The notes beneath the pieces are model-generated. The model was not told where the DNA came from and searched no databases. It saw only the letters and a program-made list of their open reading frames with translations. A stretch of 64,000 nt of DNA from Naegleria gruberi (taxonomy: Eukaryota), in NCBI GenBank assembly GCA_000004985.1, contig GG738887.1, one strand, 5' to 3'. Positions 54,325-64,000 of this stretch are shown here, in pieces. Position 1 is the stretch's first letter; the number at the start of each line of letters is the position of its first letter. The translations under genes and the position numbers were made by a program.

Positions 54325-57195
54325 ATGAAAAAGAAAACCAATTCCCAACCCTATGGTGGTGGGCAAAAGAAGAACAATAATAACAATAACCGCAACAATA
54401 ACAAACAAAAACCATCCAATACAACAACACAACAGCAAACAACAACATCATCTTCAATAATTCAGCAACAACAACAAGCTAATGCGACTGCTACCACTAC
54501 TCCTATTGTTAACAATAATACCACAACTGCCACTCAACAAAATTCCACAACTACTGCTAGTAGCAGCAATGTTAACAAACAAGAAGGTAAAGCATCAGTT
54601 CTTATTGGTGATAAACCATTGGATCCATATTTGACTGAATTATTCTCTGTCTTGATGAGTGGAACAAAAGCTTCCAATGAAATCCCATCTTCCAAGGAAT
54701 TTGACTTTCTCACTTCACATTTTCCACAATTTAGAGGTGCTATGGATGAGTCTGCAAATGCTTTGAAGTTAGCATTATCTTCATTCCTTGGTCAAAAGAA
54801 CAAGTCCAATTCTGTTATGGATGACCCAGAAGTAATGTTTGAATCAACAGTTGATTTACTTGACCAATATTTTGAAAATGTAGATATGGCTCTTGATGAA
54901 ATGGATATGGAATCTAACGCTGATAGTGTCGGAGTGAATCCTTCACAAAGTAATTCAGGTTCTTCTGACCAAACCCTTAAATCAATGAGCAGACCCCAAT
55001 TGAAATGGAACGATGTTGATAACAGAAACATGCCGTTCGTACCAAATTTGAAATCAAAACCTAACGCATTTGTTGCCTCACTCGAAAAGTCAATGAAGAT
55101 TGGTTCCTTAGATGATGATGATGAAGAAATGAGTGGTGGTACTAAAAAGATGGGTGTAACCTTTGAACATAGCACTTTACCTCCATTCCCATTCCGTTTT
55201 GGAGTAGGTAATGGTGTTGGTGGTGAAACAACTCGCCAAAGTTCTCCTCATCCATACTTGCCTGAATTGTTGAGTCTTCAATTTATGAAATCACAAACGA
55301 CGCCTCCTGAGAAGGCTATTTCTTATGCTCCTCTAGAAAACTCACCTTGCACATGGATTAGCACTGTGGAAGATCTTCACAAGCTAGCTACAATCTTGGA
55401 AGGCCAAGATGCTTTCGCAATAGATTTGGAACAACACAGTTATCGTTCATTCCAAGGTTTTGTTTGCCTTATGCAAATTTCTACAAGAAGTGAAGACTTC
55501 CTCATAGATACTCTTGAATTGAGACAACACATGCATATTCTTAATTCCTCCTTCACACATCCTAAGATTGTTAAGGTTATGCATGGTTCCGATTGTGATA
55601 TTTTGTGGCTGCAGAGAGATTTTGCAATTTATTGTGTTAACTTGTTTGATACCGGTCAGGCTTGTAGAACTCTTGCTTTACCTGGTTGTTCTCTTGCCTA
55701 CTTGCTTAAGCACTATTGCGGAATTGATGCTGATAAAAAGTATCAATTGGCTGATTGGCGAGTGAGACCTCTCCCAAGTGAAATGGTAAAATATGCTAGA
55801 GAAGATACTCACTATCTATTATACATTTATGATAGATTGAGACAAGATATTTTCAACACCAAACCCAACACTTCTACTGTTTCTGGATTTGAAAGAATGG
55901 AAGAAGTTTTGGTAAGATCTAAGGAATTGTGTATGAGAAGATATGAAAAGGAACTCTTCTCAGAAACTTCATATCTTTCCCTTATCAAATTCTCTAGAGG
56001 ATGTACAGCATCCATTAGTGAAAATGTTATTCGAGTTTTATTCAAGTGGAGAGATACTGTAGCTAGAAAAGATGACGAAAGTATTCGTTACGTTTTACCT
56101 GATCACATGATTCTCTCAATAGCCCAAGAAGCTCCAACTGAGGTTAGTCAATTGTTAAGTTGTTGTAACCCAGTTCCTAAACTTGTCAGAAGAGATGCTA
56201 AAATTATTGTTGACTTGATAACCAAGGCATTACAAAGTCGTGATATGCCAGAGCCAACATTCTCCACACCATCTAAGATCCCTGATGAAAGCTATATTAA
56301 TCAACATGCCAAACCATCTTTTGAACTTGAATCACCAATTGTTAATCCACATTACAAGACTCCTTCAAGAATGAGTCCTGTTATGAATACTGATGATTTA
56401 TATAACATTGCTGGATGGATTGAATCCAAGAATTATTATCCATCATCTTCAATGTCCAAACTTACATTTTCTGAGGAGGAAGATGAAGTTTTGGAAACCA
56501 TTGAAAATATCAGAAAACACTCCAATGTAAATGTCACTCCAAGCAAGAAATCATCTCTTTTCTTCCCTCCTAGCAACAGTAGCTTTAACAAAGATAAGGT
56601 ATCACAAATCATGTCTTCATTCTCTCTAGGTAATGGACAAACATCCAACAAGCAACAAAACGATGAAGATACATCCATGATGGACAGTAGTAATATCCTT
56701 ACAGACGATCCAACATTGGATGATGCTATGGATACATCCTCTAGCTTTATTAACACTCCTATTAATAACACAAAGAACCCATCTGCACGTGTGACTCCAG
56801 AAGAAGAGCGTGTTCCATTGAGTCTCAACGAAATTTACAAACTTTCTCAAAAGAATAGAAAGAAGAACAAGCAAAAGAAGAAGCTCAAACAAGATTCTGT
56901 CTCTGATCCATCTCCAGCTTATGATGGTGATGATAATGATGATGAAGACATTGTTATTCATCAACCAACTATTCCAACACCATCAGAATCAATTCCAACT
57001 CAAAAACCAGTCGATTTTATGAAAAAGATTGGTTGGTTGGGAGCTGAAGAAGAATTATCTGCTTCAGAAGAAGAAAAGGAAGAAGAAGTTAATGCTTCAG
57101 TTGCTGTTAAGGTTCCAAACTATAGCAAACCAAACATGAATGTTCGTAAAAAACCATCTAAAAATTATGTGCAGAATAGGCAACATAAATACTAA
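54325..57195 (+). CDS. rrp6: Exosome 3'-5' exoribonuclease RRP6 / PM-Scl100 (PMC2NT + DEDDy exonuclease + HRDC)
   Basis: 'FAIDLEQHSYRSFQGFVCLMQISTRSEDFLIDTL' (Exo I/II), 'YAREDTHYLLYIYDRL' (Exo III, the Y of DEDDy), the following HRDC-like segment, and the N-terminal PMC2NT-like helix bundle. A single 956-aa ORF with Q/N/T-rich termini. Confidence 0.8.
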   Translation: MKKKTNSQPYGGGQKKNNNNNNRNNNKQKPSNTTTQQQTTTSSSIIQQQQQANATATTTPIVNNNTTTATQQNSTTTASSSNVNKQEGKASVLIGDKPLDPYLTELFSVLMSGTKASNEIPSSKEFDFLTSHFPQFRGAMDESANALKLALSSFLGQKNKSNSVMDDPEVMFESTVDLLDQYFENVDMALDEMDMESNADSVGVNPSQSNSGSSDQTLKSMSRPQLKWNDVDNRNMPFVPNLKSKPNAFVASLEKSMKIGSLDDDDEEMSGGTKKMGVTFEHSTLPPFPFRFGVGNGVGGETTRQSSPHPYLPELLSLQFMKSQTTPPEKAISYAPLENSPCTWISTVEDLHKLATILEGQDAFAIDLEQHSYRSFQGFVCLMQISTRSEDFLIDTLELRQHMHILNSSFTHPKIVKVMHGSDCDILWLQRDFAIYCVNLFDTGQACRTLALPGCSLAYLLKHYCGIDADKKYQLADWRVRPLPSEMVKYAREDTHYLLYIYDRLRQDIFNTKPNTSTVSGFERMEEVLVRSKELCMRRYEKELFSETSYLSLIKFSRGCTASISENVIRVLFKWRDTVARKDDESIRYVLPDHMILSIAQEAPTEVSQLLSCCNPVPKLVRRDAKIIVDLITKALQSRDMPEPTFSTPSKIPDESYINQHAKPSFELESPIVNPHYKTPSRMSPVMNTDDLYNIAGWIESKNYYPSSSMSKLTFSEEEDEVLETIENIRKHSNVNVTPSKKSSLFFPPSNSSFNKDKVSQIMSSFSLGNGQTSNKQQNDEDTSMMDSSNILTDDPTLDDAMDTSSSFINTPINNTKNPSARVTPEEERVPLSLNEIYKLSQKNRKKNKQKKKLKQDSVSDPSPAYDGDDNDDEDIVIHQPTIPTPSESIPTQKPVDFMKKIGWLGAEEELSASEEEKEEEVNASVAVKVPNYSKPNMNVRKKPSKNYVQNRQHKY

Positions 57196-57259
57196 ACCTA
57201 AGCTTATTAAAATGGAAGTTTCCTATTTAGTTGATCTCTATTTTTCAAAATCAAAAACA

Positions 57260-57898
57260 ATGAAACAACGAATAATCATAATATTAATTGTATTAGTAAT
57301 TTTCTCCTTAGGACTGGTAACTTCTTCAAGATCTAACTCTACAAACCTTAGAGGCACTCGGGCTGCTCAAACAACATGTGAGGATTATCAAGTTTCTTTC
57401 TATGTGGACGATGATTCAACAAGCCAACAGCAGTGCGGAGAATGTATACCAGGATCATCAGGAATCGACACTAAAGAGTTTTGTCAAATTGATGAATACT
57501 GTACAGACGAAGGAAAATGTGAAAGCATTACAAAACAACCCTTATTTATGACAACGTGTCCTAGAGAGCTAGGTAAAACCTTAACAAAAGATGGATTTTG
57601 TGGACCAGGTTTGAGATGTATCCAACATAAATGTATTCAATGTGTGACAGGTATGATGGATTATGCTGATGGTAAAATCTGTATTGATTCAGTGTGGACA
57701 TTCAACAATTTAAAGATTGGATTTTATCATCCTACTGTCATCTTTCTAACATCTTTTGTAGTTCTAGTAGGATTCAACATGTCAATTGATTGTTGTTTCG
57801 ATATTGTATATTCCATTCGAAAAAAGAAGAGAAAGCAAATTGAGGAAAGATACAGGATATTCTATCAATATATTCGTACAAGAAGTAATAAATTATAA
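57260..57898 (+). CDS. Type I membrane protein with a Cys-rich ectodomain
   Basis: Signal peptide 'MKQRIIIILIVLVIFSLGLVTS'. Twelve or more ectodomain Cys. TM 'VIFLTSFVVLVGFNMSI' followed by a basic tail 'RKKKRKQ'. The start is set to ATG 57260. Confidence 0.45.
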   Translation: MKQRIIIILIVLVIFSLGLVTSSRSNSTNLRGTRAAQTTCEDYQVSFYVDDDSTSQQQCGECIPGSSGIDTKEFCQIDEYCTDEGKCESITKQPLFMTTCPRELGKTLTKDGFCGPGLRCIQHKCIQCVTGMMDYADGKICIDSVWTFNNLKIGFYHPTVIFLTSFVVLVGFNMSIDCCFDIVYSIRKKKRKQIEERYRIFYQYIRTRSNKL

Positions 57899-58330
57899 AG
57901 TTAAATTTTCCAACATTTCATCAGTTATATCATCATCAATAATACCCACACCGGTTGGCAAATCCTTAGCTGATAATTTCGATGAGTCCTTTTTCTCTAA
58001 TTGTGCTAATCTTTCCTTGATTAATTCAACTTGTTTTTTAAATCTTTCAATCACTTCCATATTCTCAGCTATTGCCTCCACTAAATCAGAATCTTCTCCA
58101 TCAGGATCAATTTCCTTCATTTCTCTATTAGATCGTTCCAAATGATAAATCTTATTATTCAATTCACTCAAATCACATTGTGTTGTAGCAAGTAAACTTT
58201 CATATTCTTCTTTTAGACTTGGTGTTGATTGTGGTGTGGTTTGTTTTTTCCTAAAATCTGTAATATAAACACCTTCCGATACTTTTTGTTCTTTAGGAAA
58301 TGAATTTTCGTTATTTGATGAGGATTGCAT
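57893..58330 (-). CDS. Small coiled-coil protein (145 aa)
   Basis: ATG ORF. 'LSELNNKIYHLERSNREMKEI...IERFKKQVELIKERLAQLEKK' is a coiled coil with an acidic C-terminus. Its stop codon overlaps the previous gene's stop in a shared TTATAA. Confidence 0.4.
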   Translation of the reverse strand: MQSSSNNENSFPKEQKVSEGVYITDFRKKQTTPQSTPSLKEEYESLLATTQCDLSELNNKIYHLERSNREMKEIDPDGEDSDLVEAIAENMEVIERFKKQVELIKERLAQLEKKDSSKLSAKDLPTGVGIIDDDITDEMLENLTL

Positions 58331-58543
58331 TGTTTAATGTTGTTCTATTTTTTTTGATTTCTATTTTTAAACTTTAAATTACTAAATTTTATACAAAGAA
58401 TAGCTTCTATGCTCATACTTTTCATTCAATGGATTGAATTGTCATTTTGAATAAATATTTCTATTCACTTTCTTCAATTTAAAGTAGCATCTTAATTTAT
58501 GCAACGGTTCCCGCCAAAAATTTGAATTAAAAAATTTTAAAAA

Positions 58544-60262
58544 ATGTCCAAACCAGGTAACAGTGGAAATATTGGAAGGTGAGTTATTTGATGATAAAAT
58601 TGATGATGCGATGACAGAATAAAGTTATTTGACATCGTTGTTTGGTAAACCAACAACCAAAAAGCCATCAGCCACACCAAAGAAAAAAACCAGCCAAATA
58701 GAAGTATCAAAGGCTTCCTCTTCAGTCGCTGCTATTGATGATATTGCTGAGGTATCACACTCCGAAGTTTATGATGAAGAACCACAACATCATCACATCA
58801 TGGAAGATGATGAAATTATTGAACAACATTCAAAGAAAGTAGTTTTAATGACATCGCAACAACAATTGCAATCTGCACATACTATTGTTAATTGGAAAGA
58901 TAGAGATAATCAAGGAAAGATACTTTGTGATTTTGGAGATTCCGATATTGATAATGTAGCTAGTGAAACAGATGTTAAAATTGTAAAACCAACCAAAAGT
59001 GGACCAGTTAAATATATGTATGACAAATTGTACAAACAAGCATCAGTGCTGTTAGAAAGATTGGAAGATGTCGGTGCTAAAATTCTTGAATATCATAATA
59101 TTGAATCAGCAAAACCTTTAAATTATGTAAGTGAATCAATTTGCTAAATTATTTACTTTGAAAGCATTCTGATCAACCAGAAGTTTATATTGGAAGAATT
59201 CTTGCAGAATCTGTAACTGGTGATGACAAGCTCAATCCTGCTTCTATTTTATTGGAAGGTTTAACAAATGCTGAGACATCAGATTGTAAAGTTATCAAGT
59301 TGAGTTTTGATAAGTTTGGTCTTGATTCAGGTGTTTCACAAACTCTCTTCCCAGGCCAAATTGTTGCTATCAAAGGATTAAACTCAGTACAAGGATTGAA
59401 AGTGGAAAAGATTTACACTGGAGCTCCACTTGATGCTCCAGAAGATCAACCACAGCCAAGTGATGAAAAGAAAAAGATCAAAATTATGGTTGCTTGTGGT
59501 CCATTCACTCTCCAACATAATGTCTTATACGATCCTCTCAAAAATCTTATAACTTTGGTCGAAACAAACGAACCAAATGTTTTGGTACTTGTTGGACCAT
59601 TTCTGAGTGAGGATAATGCTCTTGTGAAATCTGGATTTATGGACGAAACTTTTGAATCAACCTTTGAAAATAGATTCATTGCCAAACTGAAGACTATCGA
59701 AACTGATTGTCGTGTTATTTTAATTCCTTCCCTTAAAGATGTAAATAGTGATTTTGTTTTCCCACAGCCTGCCATTGAAATTGAAAATGGTTCTTCCAAG
59801 ATTCAAAGCTTTCCTAATCCATCAACATTTTCCATCTCATCTCCGTCCTTCAATCCAATCAAGATTGGTGTTACCTCAATAGATGCCATTAAAACCATCA
59901 AGGAAAAAGAATATACTTTTGGTTATGTTGAGGATCAAACTGAACACTATTTAAAGGCAGTACTGGAACAACAATATTACTATCCAAGATTGCTTCCTTC
60001 CTCAGAAATTCCACTTGACCATTCACTTTTAAATGGTACCAAGTCATCTCTTAAGATTGAGGAATCACCTAATATTATCATCCTTCCTTCTGATCATTTA
60101 GAAACATGTTGTAAAGTGATTAGTAACACAATTGTTATTAATCCAACAAGATTGTGTAATAATCAAAACCGAAAGGAAGGAAGTTATGCAATTATTGATA
60201 TTGTGAATGATACTTCATTAACATTGGACAAGAGAGTTCACGTTCAAGTAGTTAATATCTAA
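58544..60262 (+). CDS. pola2: DNA polymerase alpha subunit B (POLA2-like), 3 exons
   Basis: Exon 1 is 58544..58578 ('MSKPGNSGNIG', phase 2). Intron 58579..58624 (GTGAGT..AAAG). Exon 2 is 58625..59126. Intron 59127..59164 (GTAAGT..AAAG, 38 nt). Exon 3 is 59165..60262. The product contains 'YMYDKLYKQASVLLERLEDVG', 'IKIMVACGPFT', 'VLVLVGPF' and 'RVILIPSLKDV' (the B-subunit phosphoesterase-like fold). Confidence 0.7.
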
Positions 60263-60290
60263 AATAAATTATTCAAAATTTCAAAATCAT

Positions 60291-62633
60291 TTATTCATTG
60301 TTCGAAGATGTTGATGGAGCTCCACCTGATGTTCTTGGAGTATCATTGTTGCTTTCGGAAGTGGAGGCAAATCCACCCAATAGAGAAGCAAATAAAGAGC
60401 TGGCTCCCGACGAATTACTGGAATAGTTATAATTTGGGGGGTTCAACACGCTAGGTTTTTCGTCCTTTCGTTTAAATAGTCTCTCATCTGTTTGAGAGTC
60501 GAAAACTTCCACTCTGTTCTTTGTTGGTGGTTTGTTAGTTGTTCTTGTTGGTGTTGGAGTAGCTGCTTGATCTGTTCCAAACAATTCATTGTTGAATACC
60601 TTCAATTCATTGTAAAATTTGGTATTTGGTTTGATTATATTTCTGATAGCATAAACTTCCTTGTATGCTTCTTGCAGCTTCTTATTTTCTTCTTTCATTA
60701 AATATGAAATGACTATTGTACTTGATCTACTGACACCTGCCATGCAATGTACCATACATGCAGTGCCTTGCTTTTTAGCTTCATTGATAAACTCGCGTGT
60801 TTCCTCAAAGTGAGATCTAAGGGATGCTTCATTAGTATCTTCAGCAAATATTACCATATACTTGAAATCATTCTTATGTCTTGGTGGGATATCTTTGGCA
60901 ATAGTAATAACATGTGAGACGTTTAGTGATTTGAGAAGTCTCCTAGATCCAGCTGGTGGTGCACTACTCAAAAACAAATAATCTCTAATCTTGCTTGGTT
61001 CTTCGTATGTGTATTGGAATACTATATCATTATCTTCCATATGTTTTTTGATATTTTCTTGAGGTTTCAATTCATAGTTATTAATGATTGAAAAGTTTTT
61101 CAGCTTTTTCAAAAGCATAACCTCTTCGGGTATAGATAATATTTCATTATTATCTAAGTTCAATGTTTCCAATTCGACAAGATTGCAAATTTTTGCGTCC
61201 AAACTTTCCAGCGAGTTGTGTTTCAATTTACAATTTCTAAGATTTACCAGATCATAAAAGTAGTCAGGTATAGCTCCTCTTAATCTGTTCATAGTTAAAT
61301 CGAGAGAAGTAAGATTTTTACAGCCACCAATTTTAGGGAACTCTTCCAAATAATTGTATGTCACGTCTAATCTTTCCAAGTTGGTCATTTTCGAACAATC
61401 AAACATCTTCTTCAAGTCATTTTCGCTCAAATCAATCTCTTTCAAACTCTCAAGCTCACATAACTCGTCAGGAATCTCGAATAGTCTATTAGATTTAAGC
61501 TTGAATATCTCCAGTTTTTTGAGGTTTCCAAAAGCGGGATCAATATCTTCAATATTGTTCTCTGATAAATCTAAATAAACCAAATTTACAAATTCACTAA
61601 AGTGTTCAGGAATATGTGTGATAAAATTTTTGGAAAGCACCAACTCTTCTAGTAGTGAAAGAGTTCTAACTTCTGTCGGAACACCTCTTATCTTATTATT
61701 TGAAAGTTGTAAAATTACCAATTTTGCTTGGCAAAATAATTGAGACCACCCATGTAATTTACAAGAATTGGCATATAGTTCTGATAACTGGCTCAATTGA
61801 CTCATCAAACCTTGAGTTTGTGGAAACCATTCGAATTCGTTATTGCTTACATTTAAAACCTTGAGATTGAGTAAGTTACAAATAGTTATTGGAAATGTTG
61901 TAAATCCACAACCTTCTAACATTAATTCCTTCAAAGTATCTGCCATTTTACCCAGGTCAGGCAAGGTTACCAAATCGTTCTTTGTCAAGTCTAATTTTTC
62001 AAGAGCAGAAAATTTTAACAAATCTGTTGGAAAATTTGTAAAGTAGTTATAACTTAGATTCAATTCTCTTAAAGATGTTTGTAATGGTACTGAACGTTCA
62101 CCAAATATAAAGCTCGATAAATTTGGAGACGAAACAGATATCTTATTCAAACGATTAAAACTTAGATCTAATCTTTGAAGGTTAATTTTGTTGAGTTGAA
62201 TTGGCCAATCTTTGAAATTATTTAATCTGAACTGGACATCGGTCAGTGAAGGTTCCAAAAGTTCAAAGTTTTTAGGGGGAGCAACAAGCTCACTCTTATT
62301 CATCACCAGTGTTCGTAAATTTGCTAAATTTGTTATATTTGAAGGAAGAGCTTGTATACAATGTCCAGTCAAATCTAAATGTTGTAAATTTACCAATAGA
62401 CATATCTATCATTGTTAAAACAATCAATCCAATATATATAATTATTATAAACATACTTTTGAAAGATCTCTTTCTGTGAACCTCTTAGAACTTTGATTAT
62501 CCTTTTGTATTGAAGCATTGAGTATTTTGTGAGAGTTTGCATTCTCTACCATTTTGTCAACAACTTCCCTTGGATCTTCACTTGTTGATGATCCATTCTT
62601 GGACTCAACTCTTTTGCGATAGGGTTGTAACAT
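60291..62633 (-). CDS. MAP-kinase-phosphatase-like dual-specificity phosphatase with an N-terminal leucine-rich-repeat array ('mpl' architecture), 2 exons
   Basis: Exon 1 is 62633..62457 ('MLQPYRKRVESKNG...FTERDLSK'). A GTATGT..GATAG intron of 51 nt follows (62456..62406). Exon 2 is 62405..60291: about 20 LRRs ('L..L.L..N.L..LP') and then 'VHCMAGVSRSSTIVISYLM', the DSP catalytic loop HCxxGxxRS. The LRR+DSP combination is known from Dictyostelium mpl genes. Confidence 0.75.
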
Positions 62634-62989
62634 ATTTAATAATAACAAGTCTTATTTCCAAAGTCAATTATCAACTCTGAGCTTGTTATTGTTGTAGAAA
62701 AAGTAAAAAGGCTAAACTCCAACTTTCGTCTACTATAAACAACTCTACTATTATTACTAGTTAATTTTCAAGAACAAAAAGCCTCTTGTCAATTTGAATA
62801 TAATTCCTTTCTATTTGTTTCTATATCTTCTCTCTATACAAAATTCAAATAGATGATAAACAAACTGAATTCTCTCCACTTTTTGAAAATTGATGATGAA
62901 GGCTAATGTTGTTCTCGTGAATGATGATGTACAAATCGATGACAAAGACGACAGAATGATGATGGGTCAACGAGAAACAACACGGTTGC

Positions 62990-63697
62990 TGAAAGTAATA
63001 TGAAATGTTGATGCGATTTTTTTCTAATTCTTTTTGGGTTGGGATGAGACGTTGATAGCTTGGACGAATTTGGGTTGTTCATAAAACAAAATTTTACTGC
63101 TTGGCTTTTTATCAGTCTTCATCTCTTTCAGTGAAAGTTTGGCGGGAAAACGGAAGAAAAATTAGATGAGGGTGATGGTAATACTCGGGCAGTTCTTCTT
63201 CTCATTCAAAGTGATAATAATAATCGGATTTTGAGTTGAGTTTGGATCGGTTGTATGTGGAAATTAATTTGAGGGTGTTGATATCGATAATTGGTTTGGT
63301 GACGAAATTTTTAAATTAGGTGGAATTAAGGATTGAAGCAGTGTTCGATTATTGTTAGACATTGATTAGTTGGAACTGAGGAGAAAGAACTCAAAGAGAA
63401 TCGCTGTTTGATATCATTCGTACTAATCTTTTCAGAATTCTGATGGAAAATTCATTATTCGAAACAAGTAAGCTCCCCATATTGGAGTATATTTCAAAAG
63501 TTGAAATATTTGAAGCCAAATTCTAGAATGAAAATGAATCTAAGGCACTTTCAATGTTAAAACTTCAGATTCTGTATCAATTGACTTCCATTTTTTAAAA
63601 GAAAATATCATTCCATTATTTGATGGAAATTTTCTTGTTTTCGAAAACAAAAAAACTTCACCAAAACAAACCGCTAAAAATATTAATCAAAAAAAAT
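62990..63697. repeat. Right arm of the long inverted repeat (RC of 785-1514+), ending exactly at the ATG of the next gene
   Basis: See feature 785..1514. The homology breaks at 'caaaaaaaa|TGCCAG', the A-run preceding the ATG at 63696. Confidence 0.8.
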
Positions 63698-64000
63698 GCC
63701 AGAAAATCTCGTAGAAATCATCAACAATGCAAATGACGCTTCCCAAGTTCGTATGCCTGTTTTGATGGCCACTCTCAAAAGCCCACAATTAATCAGTAAA
63801 CAGCCCTCTGCAAAAACTCCAGGTCAAGTTTTATATAAAGTAAACTTGTATGATACATCTTTACCAACACCATCATCACAAAATACTCTCACCGCAGTAA
63901 TTCCAAAAGATAGATTTCCTTCTGATGTTAGTGATCCTGAAACAATAGCACCAGGAACAATATTTAATATTTCAAAATTTACTTTTAAAGCTCAGCCTGG
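63696..64000 (+). CDS. Hypothetical protein, 5' partial (runs off the window)
   Basis: ATG at 63696 opens a frame with no stop before the window end ('MPENLVEIINNANDASQVRMPVLMATLKSPQLISKQPSAKTPGQVLYKVNLYD...'). No family recognised. Confidence 0.35.
   Translation, partial: MPENLVEIINNANDASQVRMPVLMATLKSPQLISKQPSAKTPGQVLYKVNLYDTSLPTPSSQNTLTAVIPKDRFPSDVSDPETIAPGTIFNISKFTFKAQP

Noticed and set aside
54792-56964. Five minus-strand and plus-strand short ORFs inside rrp6
   Set aside because: They are embedded in a 956-aa conserved CDS and have no homology of their own.
62445-62648. Track ORF 62445..62648 as a separate 67-aa gene
   Set aside because: It is exon 1 of the LRR-MKP gene. Its apparent C-terminus 'VCL*' is intron read-through past a GTATGT donor.
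1-64000. CRISPR arrays, operons and prokaryotic regulatory motifs
   Set aside because: The sequence is clearly eukaryotic (spliceosomal introns, intron-containing tRNA, eukaryotic domain architectures). No short direct-repeat/spacer arrays were seen.

Overview
This 64 kb window is AT-rich eukaryotic nuclear DNA, most consistent with a social amoeba (Dictyostelia) or a related amoebozoan. Supporting signs are poly-Asn/Thr/Ser tracts, very short AT-rich introns (about 40-140 nt) with GTAAGT/GTATGT/GTACGT donors, micro first exons, and a MAP-kinase-phosphatase+LRR ('mpl'-like) gene. The window opens with the 3' end of a non-LTR retrotransposon ORF2 (RNase H tail + CCHC knuckle), followed by a 9,266-nt N-run assembly gap (1515..10780). 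The remaining ~53 kb is gene-dense, with roughly 45 protein-coding genes on both strands and one intron-containing tRNA-Cys(GCA). Recognisable products include adenosine kinase, arylamine N-acetyltransferase, SMU1-like WD40 protein, RRP6 exosome exonuclease, DNA polymerase alpha subunit B, tubulin cofactor A, a CDP-diacylglycerol-synthase-family protein, SWIB/MDM2, START, PX-SAM and C2 domain proteins, two LRAT/NlpC-P60-like proteins, a GH5-like glycosidase, three DUF4116 proteins, a secreted DUF4214 protein, and a cluster of F-box proteins (LRR, SPRY, others). The most striking structural feature is a pair of ~730-bp inverted repeats (~90% identical) at the two ends of the window. One arm abuts the gap and the retroelement tail; the other ends exactly at the ATG of a partial gene at the window edge. 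No prokaryotic features (operons, CRISPR) are present. The ORF track labels non-ATG starts (TTG/GTG) as M, so several gene starts are re-set here to the first in-frame ATG. Splice-site coordinates are my own reading and are approximate (about ±2 nt).
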